Origin: Polyangiaceae bacterium
GTDB taxonomy: Bacteria; Myxococcota_A; Polyangia; Polyangiales; Polyangiaceae
Direction: 5' to 3'
NCBI GenBank assembly: GCA_044376115.1
Contig: JBILLK010000001.1
Coordinates: 416,001 to 480,000 of the forward strand
Length of the DNA stretch: 64,000 nt
Shown here: in pieces, positions 38,291 through 48,794 of the stretch
Layout: each line of letters opens with the position of its first letter
How positions within the stretch are numbered: the stretch's first letter is position 1
The notes under the pieces: model-generated
Told to the model about the DNA's origin: nothing
What the model saw: only the letters and a program-made list of their open reading frames with translations
Databases searched by the model: none
Translations under genes and position numbers: made by a program

Positions 38291-39421
38291 TCAGGGAGTG
38301 CAGGCCACCTGCTCTGGTGACTCCCCTGTGAAGAGCTCGATCTCGTCGAGGTTTTGCGGCTGGTTGATACGGGCCCAGATCGCCGCATCGTTGATGCCGA
38401 GGTGCGGGTTACCGGCCGCTTGAGCCGTCCAGAAATGTCCGCGTGCCCACGAATACCGTACGAAGCGTTGCCAATCTGGATCGGCCTTCCATTGGTTGTA
38501 GAGGCTTGCGTACTCCGTCCGGGCTACTCGCATATAGAGCTGCAGGTAGTAAAGGTGCGAAGCCGCGCCATCACGATAGGAAACGGTACTTGTGACGTAG
38601 TCTTGCACGGTGGTGACGCAGGCTAGCCCATTGATGTAGGCCGTCAGCTCATCCCCCATCGAGATGAAGTCGTAGCTACCTTGCGTACCTGTTAGGTACG
38701 TATTGTCATAGTTCGTAGTCACGCTCCCACCCTGTTGGACCAGTGAGAGAATGGCGTTGCGTGGAAAGAAGCTCAGCTTCGGAACCTCAACCTGGTTGTC
38801 CGAGCCCATATAGTAAAGGTGCTTGTTCGGCAGCGAGAGCGCTTGATCGTAGTCATAGCCGTGCGTCTCTTCATGGCAAGCCGTGTCGATAGCGTCGATC
38901 ATGCCCTCCCAAGAGCCGAGTTCAAAGTAGGAGGGGAATGTACCGGTGAGCCACGGATCGTTCTTCATCTGATCCATCAAATAGTGGCCATTGGGATAAC
39001 GGGCATCGAGGGTTGCCAGCATCTTCTGTAGCCACTGCGAACCTACATAACTATTTTCGATATTGCTGATGTTGGCGTTGGTGAACGGTTCGTAGTAGCA
39101 GCCGTTGCCGTTGCCACCCCCCACTCCGCTTCCTCCTGCACCAGGACCGGTGGGTCCCTGAGGGCTACCGCCTTGTCCCGCGGCGCCCTGACCGGGCTCG
39201 CCGCCGGTACCCTGAGCATTACCACCCTGTGGACCTTGCCCAGTCGTAGGCGGGTGGTGACCAGTTTCCGTCGAGCCGTTGCTGCCTTGGCTCGCTCCCT
39301 GGCCTCCCTCGCCACCCTGGCTGGAGTCGTCCTCGTTGTCGTTGCGTCCAAAGATGTCTGCAGCTTTCGGCGAGCAGGCGGACATAACGAGAAGGCAGAA
39401 CAACGAACCGGTTACTCGCAT
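38291..39421 (-). CDS. Lipoprotein with HExxH motif (putative metallopeptidase)
   Basis: MSAC lipobox; CHEETHG; downstream DELTAY. Confidence 0.7.
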   Translation of the reverse strand: MRVTGSLFCLLVMSACSPKAADIFGRNDNEDDSSQGGEGGQGASQGSNGSTETGHHPPTTGQGPQGGNAQGTGGEPGQGAAGQGGSPQGPTGPGAGGSGVGGGNGNGCYYEPFTNANISNIENSYVGSQWLQKMLATLDARYPNGHYLMDQMKNDPWLTGTFPSYFELGSWEGMIDAIDTACHEETHGYDYDQALSLPNKHLYYMGSDNQVEVPKLSFFPRNAILSLVQQGGSVTTNYDNTYLTGTQGSYDFISMGDELTAYINGLACVTTVQDYVTSTVSYRDGAASHLYYLQLYMRVARTEYASLYNQWKADPDWQRFVRYSWARGHFWTAQAAGNPHLGINDAAIWARINQPQNLDEIELFTGESPEQVACTP

Positions 39422-39646
39422 AGGGCACCTCGGGAGCCTCACCTTGCGGGCCAATCAACCACGGGTCAATAGCGTCAGAGAGCCGTTTTGTCGATTTAAT
39501 GAGTGGGGTTTCGACTGCCAGGCCGTTTGCTCACACCTGCTAGCGGGTCCGTGCGGCGTGCTCCGAAAATTTGGGTCGCAGCCGAAAGTCATAGGCCATT
39601 CTGGGCCCTCTTCTCATATGCGGGCTGGCGGCCTATACAGCCGCCC

Positions 39647-40423
39647 ATGAAGAGACACATTTCTGTGATTGCGACTTTGATCCTCGCAGCGGCTTGTGGA
39701 GACGCAGGGTCCGGCGCAACTTCCGGCAGCGCCTCGGGCGCCAAGTCCGGCGCTCCTCAGACGAGCGCGAAGCCCGGAGCTTCTGCCAGCGCGAAGCCAA
39801 CTTCGGCACCTGCTGCCAGCGCGACCGCGGAGACACCGGCACTCTCGGCATCGGCCTTGGCTTCGGCATCTGCAGCTCCTGCTGCTAGCGGGGCACCTGC
39901 CGCCGGGGGCGCGGAGTTCTCCGCCGATATCAAGCGGCTCACTGGGCTAGTCGCTAGCCCGGTCGACGTCGAGTACACCACGCTCGCGGGCTACTTCTTC
40001 AAAGCGCCCAAGGGTGCAGCGGTTACCCCAGCACCAGCACCCGGTGAGTGGAGTGAACTTACCGCTGATGGCGCGACCATGGCGTTCTTCGCCCATGCCC
40101 CGTCGGACGGCGGAGAGGGCTGCCCCAAGCTCGCCGATATGAAGGGTAAAGCAAAGGATGCAAAGACCCTCGTCGAGATCAATGAGAAGCAGAAGCCGTG
40201 GGGCAAGGAGTCGTATGGCGACGAGGTTTCTTTTTGGCTTTACGAGAAGGACGGCAAGGCTGGCTTCTACGGGCTAAAGGTCTTCAAGGGAGCCAAGGAA
40301 GCAACCACGTATTGCTTTGCAGCTGGCAAAGCTGGTGAAGCGGCCGCTCTCAAGGGTCTACTACCCAAGGACAAGGCTGAGTTGCTCGCAGGCGTAGCGC
40401 TCGGGCTCTACAACAAGCTCTGA
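39647..40423 (+). CDS. Ala/Ser-rich lipoprotein
   Basis: AAAC lipobox. Confidence 0.75.
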   Translation: MKRHISVIATLILAAACGDAGSGATSGSASGAKSGAPQTSAKPGASASAKPTSAPAASATAETPALSASALASASAAPAASGAPAAGGAEFSADIKRLTGLVASPVDVEYTTLAGYFFKAPKGAAVTPAPAPGEWSELTADGATMAFFAHAPSDGGEGCPKLADMKGKAKDAKTLVEINEKQKPWGKESYGDEVSFWLYEKDGKAGFYGLKVFKGAKEATTYCFAAGKAGEAAALKGLLPKDKAELLAGVALGLYNKL

Positions 40424-40437
40424 TCGGTCTCGTCGGT

Positions 40438-40488
40438 AGCTGAAGACCTCGACCTCGCTCGGGGTCTTCAGCTTTGTGTTGTTTGTTG
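40438..40488 (+). terminator. Intrinsic terminator
   Basis: AGCTGAAGACCTCGA/TCGGGGTCTTCAGCT stem with T-rich tail. Confidence 0.7.
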
Positions 40489-40554
40489 CTTACGGAGAGC
40501 GCGTTAATTTGTTGTCCCCGAGACCAGGTCGCTGCACTTTGCTTGAGCGCGTGA

Positions 40555-41997
40555 ATGCGCATCAGGACGTGCATGCCGCTTGAGCGAGGCGAGGTCCTTG
40601 GGGGCGTTTTTGAGGTCGAGCGCTGTCTCGAGACCGAGTACGGCGTAACCACCTATCGCGCTCGTCATCTACTTACGGGCAAACCCAGTCGGCTGCGGGT
40701 CCTCGTGCCAACGAAGTGCCCCTGGGCCAAGCCCGTCATCGATCAAGCTGCAGCCCTCGCGGCGACCAACCTCGAGGGGATGGTCCGTTGTATCGGGTTC
40801 GGTCGAGTCGGACGCAGTCAGTTCTTCTTCGCGTTCGAGTGGCATCGAGGAGATTCGGTGGCGGACCTTCTGCCCCAGCCGCTGCCGCGAGCGCAGTCCT
40901 TACGATTGGCAGCTAACGTCGCCGAAGCCTTGGGCCAGCTGCACGCCCTAGAGCTGGTTCATGGACATGTGCGCCCAGATCGGATCGCCATCGATCCGAA
41001 GAGCGATCGGGGCCCCGTTCTACTCGATGGCGTCTTTCCTGACGCCGACGGCTTGCAACTAGGTTCTGCGAGCTACATGGCCCCAGAGACCTTTATCGTA
41101 GGGCGTGAGACAGGCGCCGCCGCCGATGTTTATGCGCTTGGAGCTACTCTTTATCACGGTATTTTTGGCCGCCCACCACATGCTGGTAAAACCAGATTAG
41201 CGGTTTGGCTGCGGGCCCTATTCAATCCACTAGAACCGATTGCTTTGCTCGAAGGTGGCGACGCATTTGGTTCCTGGATCGGTCGCATGCTTGCGCCCGA
41301 GCCTCTCGAGCGACCACGCGCGGAACGTCTTTCAACCATTGCGCTCGAGGCGCTGGAGAACCGGAATCCGCGGCCGATAGAACGTGGCTCCTCTGCGATC
41401 GAGGCAGCTACTGCCGATGGCTGCATTGTCGTTGCGCGTGGCATTCCATGGAACGACGCCGACTACGCTCTGTCTCTCGACCGAGCTGTACATCACGGCG
41501 ACTGTGAGAAGTTCCGCTTCGTCGACGGGTCAGCCGCGTTCCGCTTCAGGGGCACACTCGACAGCGTGATTGCGCAGAAGATCGCCCAGCTCTTGGACGT
41601 ACTTTTGACCTCGCCGCGCGTTGCCGCCGTTGGGGCGGAGATGCAGGCCAACACAGTCGGCCGCGTCCTCGATGCGCTAGCCGAGACACTCGCGATAACG
41701 CCGTCGGGCCAACAGCGTTTGAGTGAGCTGCTCGGAGAACTGGTCTCGCAGGTTCGGAAGGTCGGCAAAAAGGGGGGGACGCTCGAGCTTGACGGGCCTG
41801 CTCCCCGAGTTGGGAAGAACGGCACGTTGGTGATCGAGCCTGACCCAACGGTCCCGCAGCCGACCCTCGTTCTTGAGGTCTCCGCTGCTGACCTCGATAG
41901 CACCGACGAGAGGCCTACCATCGAAATCGCTCCAGACCCGATGCTCGTGCGAGCCTCGACCCCCGACGCCGATTCCAGGCCGCAGAAACGTCGCTGA
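40555..41997 (+). CDS. Degenerate Ser/Thr protein kinase-like protein
   Basis: YMAPE and ADVYALG intact; catalytic loop VHGHVRPDRI, LLDG. Confidence 0.75.
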   Translation: MRIRTCMPLERGEVLGGVFEVERCLETEYGVTTYRARHLLTGKPSRLRVLVPTKCPWAKPVIDQAAALAATNLEGMVRCIGFGRVGRSQFFFAFEWHRGDSVADLLPQPLPRAQSLRLAANVAEALGQLHALELVHGHVRPDRIAIDPKSDRGPVLLDGVFPDADGLQLGSASYMAPETFIVGRETGAAADVYALGATLYHGIFGRPPHAGKTRLAVWLRALFNPLEPIALLEGGDAFGSWIGRMLAPEPLERPRAERLSTIALEALENRNPRPIERGSSAIEAATADGCIVVARGIPWNDADYALSLDRAVHHGDCEKFRFVDGSAAFRFRGTLDSVIAQKIAQLLDVLLTSPRVAAVGAEMQANTVGRVLDALAETLAITPSGQQRLSELLGELVSQVRKVGKKGGTLELDGPAPRVGKNGTLVIEPDPTVPQPTLVLEVSAADLDSTDERPTIEIAPDPMLVRASTPDADSRPQKRR

Positions 41998-42128
41998 ATA
42001 GGGCCTTCGGCGGCTTCCTTCGAGGAGGCCCCGAGTCATGCTTGTTGCTGCATCGAGCTTCGGTGGAACCAGCGCCGACCAACAGAATGGCGATTGACGC
42101 AGCAACTGCGAATGAGTTCGATGGAACT

Positions 42129-43400
42129 ATGCAGTATCCGACGCTCTCCCGACGCCTTCGCAAGCCTGTCCTGACTCTTGGCCTGACAGCAGCTCTGTTG
42201 GGAGCCTGCACTCCTGGCACCGATCCGGACGGGGCGACGAGTCAGGGCGGGGACAACTCGTCCAACTCCAACTCGAGCTCGAGCAGCGGCTTCGGCAACA
42301 ACTCCGCTGACGGCGGTGGCGGGCAGGGAGCTGGCTTCGGCACCGGCGGGGGCAACACTGGAGGCGGCTGCGCGGGCGTCACCAACACCGCTGAAAAGGT
42401 GCCGCTGGATATCTTCGTCATGCTCGACAAGTCCGGGTCGATGACCGACGCAGCGTCGGGTGGAGGCACCAAGTGGGACGCCGCGGTTAGCGCACTAACC
42501 ACCTTCGTCAATCAACCCGAGTCAGCGGGCATTGGAGTTGGTATTCAGTACTTTCCCCAGCCGAGCGGCAACAGCTGCTCCGCCTCCATGTGCATGTCAG
42601 ATGCAGATTGCGGGGCTGGCTGTGGACCTTGCATTGGTGTCCCAGGTTTCTTCGGCATCTGCCAAGGCTTCGCCAACAATGATTCTTGCGAGCCGGGTGA
42701 TTACGCCACACCCGCAGTCGAGATCGGCCTCCTACCAGGCAATGCCAACGCGCTCATCAGTTCGATGAACGGTGAGAACCCTGACGGCGCCGGCACACCG
42801 ACCCACCCTGCGCTCGACGGCGCCATTGACCATGCAACGGAGTGGGCGCTCGGTCACCCGGGCCATGTTGTCGTTGCGCTGCTCGCAACGGATGGAGACC
42901 CAACCTCCTGTGAGACAGACCTCAGTGCGATCAATTCGGTAGCGGCCAGCGGCGCCAATGCCACTCCAAAGATCAATACCTTCGTCATTGGCGTTGGCGG
43001 TTCGGTGAATACGCTCAACGGTATCGCCGCCGCTGGCGGCACCACCGACGCCTTCATGATTGATAGCGAGCCGGATGTGCAACAAGCCTTCCTCGACGCG
43101 CTAGCGGAGATTCAAGGCCAAGCGCTGCCGTGCTCGTACTTGATTCCGCAACCTCCGCCCGGTGAGGAGATCAACTTCGGGAAGATCAACGTTTCTTACA
43201 CGCCAGGCGGCGGGAGTGAGCAGGTCATTCCTTATGTTGAATCCGTCTCCGCCTGCCCCGCGAGCGGGCTCGCCTGGTATTACGACAACCCGGCGATGCC
43301 CACGCAGATCCTGCTCTGCCCGAACACCTGCTCGACGATCTCGCAGGACCCTGATGGTGAAGTGCAGATCGTCGTCGGCTGCGATACCGTAGTCGAGTGA
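42129..43400 (+). CDS. vWA-domain lipoprotein
   Basis: LGAC; LDKSGSM MIDAS; TPT; TDG. Confidence 0.88.
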   Translation: MQYPTLSRRLRKPVLTLGLTAALLGACTPGTDPDGATSQGGDNSSNSNSSSSSGFGNNSADGGGGQGAGFGTGGGNTGGGCAGVTNTAEKVPLDIFVMLDKSGSMTDAASGGGTKWDAAVSALTTFVNQPESAGIGVGIQYFPQPSGNSCSASMCMSDADCGAGCGPCIGVPGFFGICQGFANNDSCEPGDYATPAVEIGLLPGNANALISSMNGENPDGAGTPTHPALDGAIDHATEWALGHPGHVVVALLATDGDPTSCETDLSAINSVAASGANATPKINTFVIGVGGSVNTLNGIAAAGGTTDAFMIDSEPDVQQAFLDALAEIQGQALPCSYLIPQPPPGEEINFGKINVSYTPGGGSEQVIPYVESVSACPASGLAWYYDNPAMPTQILLCPNTCSTISQDPDGEVQIVVGCDTVVE

Positions 43401-43413
43401 AGCCAGCCTGCGC

Positions 43414-43857
43414 GTGAAGGCAGAGCCGAGTCCCTCAGTCGAAGCCAGCAGGATCCTCGAGCTCTGCCGTGGAGATGCGCTTCGCGCCTTCGACATCATT
43501 CAGAGCCAGCATGCAACCTTGGTATTGCGAACCCAGGTGATGCTGTCTCTGAGTGGCATCGTCATCACAGTAACCGGCTTCTCCGGTAAGGCGATCGCCT
43601 CTACCTCTCAGCTGGCCCGCGTTTCTATTACGGTTGGGTTACTCACGGTGCTCGCAGCGGCGGCCGTCCTCGTAGCCGGGGTGCTGCGGCTCAAGTGGCT
43701 GACGCAGGCACTCACCGAAGACGCTCTTTCAACCATCGTTTTTGGGATCGAGCTGCGCAATCAAAAGGCGCGCTTTCTATCGATGGGGCTCATCCTGTTT
43801 GTTACTGGCTTTGGACTTTACTGCCTAGCAATTGCTCAGTTGCTCCTCGCCCCTTGA
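43414..43857 (+). CDS. Membrane protein
   Basis: Three TM segments. Confidence 0.7.
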   Translation: MKAEPSPSVEASRILELCRGDALRAFDIIQSQHATLVLRTQVMLSLSGIVITVTGFSGKAIASTSQLARVSITVGLLTVLAAAAVLVAGVLRLKWLTQALTEDALSTIVFGIELRNQKARFLSMGLILFVTGFGLYCLAIAQLLLAP

Positions 43858-43873
43858 GAGCTTACAGACGCTG

Positions 43874-44164
43874 ATGCCCCGCGATATCCAACGTCTCCGC
43901 ATCGTCGGTATGCTTGAAGGCGTTTCGTTCCTGCTGTTGCTTGGGATAGCGATGCCGCTCAAGTACGCGATGGACTGGCCATGGGCGGTAAAGCTGCTTG
44001 GCCCGGTGCACGGCGTGCTGTTTGTGCTCTACCTCGTGTTGGTGGTGGTTGCGTGGCGGCAACATGCCTGGGGCTTCGCGCGGGTCGTCACCTTTGCCGT
44101 CGCCAGCCTGTTGCCGTTCGGGCCTCTGCTGGTTGATCGCCAGCTCAAAACCGACTGGCGGTGA
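43874..44164 (+). CDS. DUF3817-family membrane protein
   Basis: EGVSFLLLLGIAMPLKY...GPVHG...ASLLPFG. Confidence 0.85.
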   Translation: MPRDIQRLRIVGMLEGVSFLLLLGIAMPLKYAMDWPWAVKLLGPVHGVLFVLYLVLVVVAWRQHAWGFARVVTFAVASLLPFGPLLVDRQLKTDWR

Positions 44165-44213
44165 GTGTGCGCTGAGGAGATGGGAAAAGCATCTTCGGCC
44201 CGCTTGGGATAAA

Positions 44214-44609
44214 GTGTTGGGCGTGGAGTTTGAGCGGGCGTGCATGGAAGCGGACGAAAGCGCGGAGAAGCTCGAGCGCATTTCCCGCTGCACCTCCAGC
44301 CGCACCGTCCAAGATGACGCCATTGCATTAGCTGCGATGTTGCGCGCTCTCGCACGTTCAGTCCGGCTAGCGGTGGTTGCCGGTCAAGACGACGACGATA
44401 TTGCGGCTTTGAGCGACGAGATTCACACGGCTCGCGCGCAAGAGCAACGCCTATTGGAGCTTGCGCAAGACACGTTGCGAGATGAGCCGCTGTCACAGCG
44501 ACCAACGAGCCCGCCACCACCTGGCTATGACCTCGCGAAGGATCTGGCCGCCCCTCCCACTCCACAGCGGCTCGCGCGAATTACCGTGAAGAAGATCACC
44601 AAGTTTTAG
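44214..44609 (+). CDS. Hypothetical helical protein; start uncertain
   Basis: Open frame filling the gap. Confidence 0.45.
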   Translation: MLGVEFERACMEADESAEKLERISRCTSSRTVQDDAIALAAMLRALARSVRLAVVAGQDDDDIAALSDEIHTARAQEQRLLELAQDTLRDEPLSQRPTSPPPPGYDLAKDLAAPPTPQRLARITVKKITKF

Positions 44610-44626
44610 CTCTCCAGTTTCGACGG

Positions 44627-45379
44627 TTACTGACAGACCCCGCAGCCTTCCACCTGCATGAACTGCACGCAGACGTCGTCCCACTCAACGTCACAACAGT
44701 ACGGGTCGAAGTCGCACAGACACTGTTCAATCTGCGCATCCTCCGCACACCCCGGGGAGTTGCTCGCTGTACAACAAGGGCCTGTTCCGCCGCCGCTGCC
44801 CACGCCCCCCGAGGGGTCACCGCCGCTGCCGACACCGCCCGAAGGGTCACCGCCAGCACCGCCACTCGGGTCGCCACCGGTCCCTCCGCCAGAAGGGCCT
44901 CCGTTGGATGAAGATCCGCCACACGAACCACAGCCTGCAGAGTCAACCAGCTCAACACAGGTTTCGTCCCATTCGGTGCTGCAGCAGTAGTCGTCCTGAT
45001 CGCAGACGCACTGTTCAATAGCGGCGTCCTCACCGCAGCCAGCGGCACCTGGCGTTGCGGTACAACATCCACCCGTTGAAGCAGCGCCTCCCTGGCCGGC
45101 TCCAGAACCACTACCAGTGGGTCCGGACGAGCCATTCCCGCTGTTTGCACCGCCGTTACCCGATCCACTTCCGTTGCCCGATCCGCTTCCGTTTCCGGGG
45201 CCGCTGCCCGGCCCGCCATTACCAGGCCCGCTACCGTTACCGTTGCCCGGCCCACTCCCATTGCTGAACGAGTTGTCGGCTCCACCGCTTCCTGAGCCGT
45301 CTTCAGCCAGATTGGAGCCGGTGACACAGGCCAGACTCGTGGACAGGAGCAGCCAATGAGCATGACGTTGGAGGATCAT
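44627..45379 (-). CDS. Gly-rich/Cys-rich lipoprotein with two CC..PGC..CVC..D.YCC..WD..CV modules
   Basis: SLAC lipobox; duplicated module. Confidence 0.8.
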   Translation of the reverse strand: MILQRHAHWLLLSTSLACVTGSNLAEDGSGSGGADNSFSNGSGPGNGNGSGPGNGGPGSGPGNGSGSGNGSGSGNGGANSGNGSSGPTGSGSGAGQGGAASTGGCCTATPGAAGCGEDAAIEQCVCDQDDYCCSTEWDETCVELVDSAGCGSCGGSSSNGGPSGGGTGGDPSGGAGGDPSGGVGSGGDPSGGVGSGGGTGPCCTASNSPGCAEDAQIEQCLCDFDPYCCDVEWDDVCVQFMQVEGCGVCQ

Positions 45380-45391
45380 GCTGCAGGCGAA

Positions 45392-45406
45392 GCACAGTTC
45401 GAGCCA
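45392..45406 (-). promoter_or_regulatory. Putative sigma54 promoter
   Basis: Minus strand TGGCTC-GAACT-GTGC 12 nt upstream of ATG. Confidence 0.45.
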
Positions 45407-45445
45407 ACGACGTCAGGCGGCCCATTAAACGATACAGCCCGAGCC

Positions 45446-45934
45446 TTACTCGATCGCAAGCACGGTCATCAGCTGTATCTGCCCAGCCCGGTCCACCTCG
45501 ACCTCGTCATCAAGTCGGCTCCCTAGCAGAGCCCGACCAATTGGAGAGGCCGGGGTCACGACCTGAATCGATAAACTGCCCTCAGTAACGCGCATACCAC
45601 CGCCAGAGGGTGCAACGAATACAGTCGTTTTACCCTTTCCAGCGTCGAGTGTAACGAGCGCCGAGAGAGCCACTGGGTCCCCAGCCGAGAAGGCGCGCAG
45701 GCTCAAAGCCGCCAATCGAGTAACGTCCTCATCGAGCGCCTGGACACGCATCGCTTGACCGCGAGCAAGATAGGACGCTTCCGTAGAGCGCATATCCTTG
45801 TCGCCCTCCGCGCGATTGTCTTCATGCGTGACGCCAGCCACAATCTCCTTTTGAGCGGCTAGCAGAGCATCACGTTCCGCGATGAGCCGCTCCAACAGAT
45901 GCTTATGAAGCTTGCGCTTGCGTTCGAGAGACAC
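45446..45934 (-). CDS. GreA/GreB family elongation factor
   Basis: DMRSTEASYLARGQ; VVTPASPIGRALLG. Confidence 0.85.
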   Translation of the reverse strand: MSLERKRKLHKHLLERLIAERDALLAAQKEIVAGVTHEDNRAEGDKDMRSTEASYLARGQAMRVQALDEDVTRLAALSLRAFSAGDPVALSALVTLDAGKGKTTVFVAPSGGGMRVTEGSLSIQVVTPASPIGRALLGSRLDDEVEVDRAGQIQLMTVLAIE

Positions 45935-45979
45935 GGCGCCAGCGTAGTCCGCATTTCCTCGTGATACGAGCATGGAGCA

Positions 45980-46010
45980 GCCAAAGCCGCAGGTTTAGTG
46001 CGGCTTTGGC
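45980..46010. terminator. 12-bp hairpin downstream of the protease gene
   Basis: GCCAAAGCCGCA/TGCGGCTTTGGC. Confidence 0.5.
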
Positions 46011-46027
46011 GAGCTACGTGTTGAGCC

Positions 46028-47113
46028 TTATTGGCAGCCGCTAGCCACTGCCTCGTAACCAGGATCCGTCTCGGTGCAGGAAGCGCAGTGCTTGCCGTGC
46101 AAGGAGCCGTTCGAGCCGCCAGTGCACCAGATGTACATATTGTCGTCGCAGATCTCGACGAAGCCGTAGCAGCCCGACCCACCGGGGATACCCTCAGGTG
46201 CGCTGCCGTCCTGAGAACCACCGCCGGGCGGGTCGCTCGGGTCGTCCGCGGGCGGATCGCTCGGGTCGTCCGCGGGCGGATCGCTCGGGTCGTCCGCGGG
46301 CGGATCGCTCGGGTCGTCCGCGGGCGGATCATTGGGAGGCGGCGGATTACCGCTATTGGGGCCCCACCCACCGTGAGCCATGACCTGCTGGTTTATCCAA
46401 TTGTACACAAGATCGACGCGCGCCAAGATCTGGGTGCCACCGCCGACGCCTGAGTTGACTGCAAAGATCGTGTGGCTTCCAGCACCGACCACCAAGCCGC
46501 CAGAGTCACCCGGTTGAATCTTCTGCGTAGAGGTATACGACAGGGGAAAGCCGTACCAGCTACCGTCTTTGACTGCGATCTGCGGTCCGAGGAACAATGC
46601 TGAATAGGAGGCTTGGCCGTTATTGATACGTCCAATGTTCTGCAACAATGACCCGTCAGCCACGCTCGTCTTCGAGACAACGGGGTACGATGTCAAATGC
46701 ATTGGTTTATCGGTGAAGACCAAGCCTACGTCAGCAGTGTTCGGGTTCACCGAATTGCCATAGCTAACGTATTGAGTAGCGCCGCTCGAGGCCTTGAAGC
46801 CTTGCTGGCCGTGGGTGGAGAAGGGGGCAATGATTTGCCAACCTGACCAACCACCGGTGACACAATGGCCAGCCGTCAGCACGACGCGTGGAGCGATCAC
46901 TGCGCCTGAGCAAATAGAGCCTATCTGTCCACCCGATAGCATGTTGACGAGAGCGGCTTCCGGGTAGCTCGTCGCAGGCGAACCCCCGATGATGTACTCA
47001 CGGTCGTTCTCCGCCACTTCATCATCATCGATTTCATCTGCTCCTGGTGGAACACACGCGATGAGTAAGGGAATGACGCTGAGAGAGAGGGACAAGTACC
47101 GATTTCGAATCAC
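46028..47113 (-). CDS. Trypsin-like serine protease lipoprotein
   Basis: IIGG, LTAGHC, DVG, GDSGG; DPPADDPS repeats. Confidence 0.9.
   Translation of the reverse strand: MIRNRYLSLSLSVIPLLIACVPPGADEIDDDEVAENDREYIIGGSPATSYPEAALVNMLSGGQIGSICSGAVIAPRVVLTAGHCVTGGWSGWQIIAPFSTHGQQGFKASSGATQYVSYGNSVNPNTADVGLVFTDKPMHLTSYPVVSKTSVADGSLLQNIGRINNGQASYSALFLGPQIAVKDGSWYGFPLSYTSTQKIQPGDSGGLVVGAGSHTIFAVNSGVGGGTQILARVDLVYNWINQQVMAHGGWGPNSGNPPPPNDPPADDPSDPPADDPSDPPADDPSDPPADDPSDPPGGGSQDGSAPEGIPGGSGCYGFVEICDDNMYIWCTGGSNGSLHGKHCASCTETDPGYEAVASGCQ
46226..46330. repeat. 24-nt intragenic tandem repeat (about 4.4 copies)
   Basis: GGGCGGATCGCTCGGGTCGTCCGC units. Confidence 0.9.
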
Positions 47114-47373
47114 CACGAACACCTCCACCAGCAATCGCTGGCGGGCCGGCATCATCACGCTCCATGCCAGCACCACATTAATGGCGCGGGGTCCAATTGA
47201 CCGGAATTCAGTGACACTGTTCGCCGGTGGTCAATGAATTATGGAGCGGCTGATCCACCCCATGGAGCCTCAAATGCTCGGCAATAAATGGTGGTAAGCG
47301 CGCGAAAGGTGTGAGCAGTGAGAACTTTAGGTCAAGACTAGTGGGTAACGATTGATCCACTTTTCCAGTTTAG

Positions 47374-48669
47374 TTAAACACCGCTCGCAGGTCGGCCACT
47401 GCGCGTGGAGTCGTCCGGACTGCTGATGTTCACGGCTGCAGCAGCGCCCTTTGTAGGCTGGCTACGCAACACATTCATCGCCCACACCAACCCGGCGCAC
47501 TCGAGCGCAGCCGCCGCAATGAACGGCGCTCCCGGTAACCGGATACTGCTGCTCGTTCCAGCAAACGTCGCCAGCAGATGCGTTCCTAGAAGCGGCCCGA
47601 TAACGGATGAGATCGATAGGAGGCTGGTCATTGCCCCTTGGAGCTCACCTTGCTCCGACACAGAGACCTCTTGCGTCATCAGCGACTGAAGGGCTGGGTT
47701 GCTGAGCCCGCGAATTGAGAACGGCACCAAGATGAGCAGCAGTAGCCAGCCAAACGGCGCCAACCCCATCGCTACGAAGCCAACAGCTCCCATCGTTCCA
47801 CCAACCAAGATCATTCGTCGCTCGCCGAGTCGCGGCTTGATCACGCGAATGAGTCCACCTTGGACGAAGGCCGTTGATAGGCCCACCACCGCAAGCGACA
47901 TCCCAACCATGCTGGCTGACCAGCCGAAGCGCCCTTCGAGATAGAGAGCCCAAACCGATTGGAGAATCTGTTGCGAGAGATAGTAGCAAAAGACCGTGAT
48001 CGCCAGGCCACTGACCAACGGGTTACGCCGCAGGCGGCTCAGCGTTGCGACTGGATTGGCCTTGCGCCAGTCGAAGGCGCGACGATTCTCAACGGCTAAG
48101 GACTCCGGCAACACGAAGAAGCCATAAAGGAAGTTCACGAGGTTGAGCCCAGCAGCCACGAAGAAGGGCAAGCGGAGTGCAACGTTACCCAGGAGCCCAC
48201 CAAGCAAGGGACCCAGGATGAAACCAAAGCCAAACGCGGCGCCGATCAGCCCAAACGACTGTGCGCGCTTTTCAGGCGGAGTGATGTCTGCAATGTACGC
48301 CGTGGCAGCGGAGAAGCTGGCGCCAGTCAGCCCGGCAACGATGCGACCCAGAAACAGCCAGCCCAGAGTGGGAGCAAAGCCAAGGATCAGGTAGTCGACA
48401 CCAGCGCCGAAGAGGGACGAAAGAATGACACGGCGGCGACCGATACGGTCTGATAGCGCCCCCAAGATGGGCGCGAATACGAGCTGCATCACCGCATAGC
48501 TCGCGACAAGCAGCCCATAGGTCGAAGACGTGCGCGAGAGATCTGCGTCTTGAAATTGGCCTACCAGACGCGGGGTGATCGGTATGACCAACCCAATTCC
48601 CAGCGTGTTCAACGCCAGGGTTACCAGGATAAACGCGATACTCGCGCGACGTGGTCCCGGGTTCGGCAT
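47374..48669 (-). CDS. TCR/Tet-family MFS efflux transporter
   Basis: GALSDRIGRR motif A; AYIAD; GFILGP; PES. Confidence 0.9.
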   Translation of the reverse strand: MPNPGPRRASIAFILVTLALNTLGIGLVIPITPRLVGQFQDADLSRTSSTYGLLVASYAVMQLVFAPILGALSDRIGRRRVILSSLFGAGVDYLILGFAPTLGWLFLGRIVAGLTGASFSAATAYIADITPPEKRAQSFGLIGAAFGFGFILGPLLGGLLGNVALRLPFFVAAGLNLVNFLYGFFVLPESLAVENRRAFDWRKANPVATLSRLRRNPLVSGLAITVFCYYLSQQILQSVWALYLEGRFGWSASMVGMSLAVVGLSTAFVQGGLIRVIKPRLGERRMILVGGTMGAVGFVAMGLAPFGWLLLLILVPFSIRGLSNPALQSLMTQEVSVSEQGELQGAMTSLLSISSVIGPLLGTHLLATFAGTSSSIRLPGAPFIAAAALECAGLVWAMNVLRSQPTKGAAAAVNISSPDDSTRSGRPASGV

Positions 48670-48794
48670 GCGCCCTCATAGCGGATCCGCGCCCTCGACG
48701 CAGGGATCATTCGGGTTGAGCGATCTGCCTGCGGCGGGATTTTGAGGGCCAACCGATTGAGTGATCCGACGAACGTTGTAGTCTGCAGCGACCA

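Noticed and set aside
46226..46330. 24-nt tandem repeat as a regulatory array
   Set aside because: In-frame DPPADDPS linker inside the protease CDS
47180..47373. AT-richer intergenic stretch as an ncRNA
   Set aside because: No convincing structure seen; more likely the protease promoter region
47374..48669. Acquired tetA resistance gene
   Set aside because: No tetR or mobile context; generic TCR-family MFS transporter
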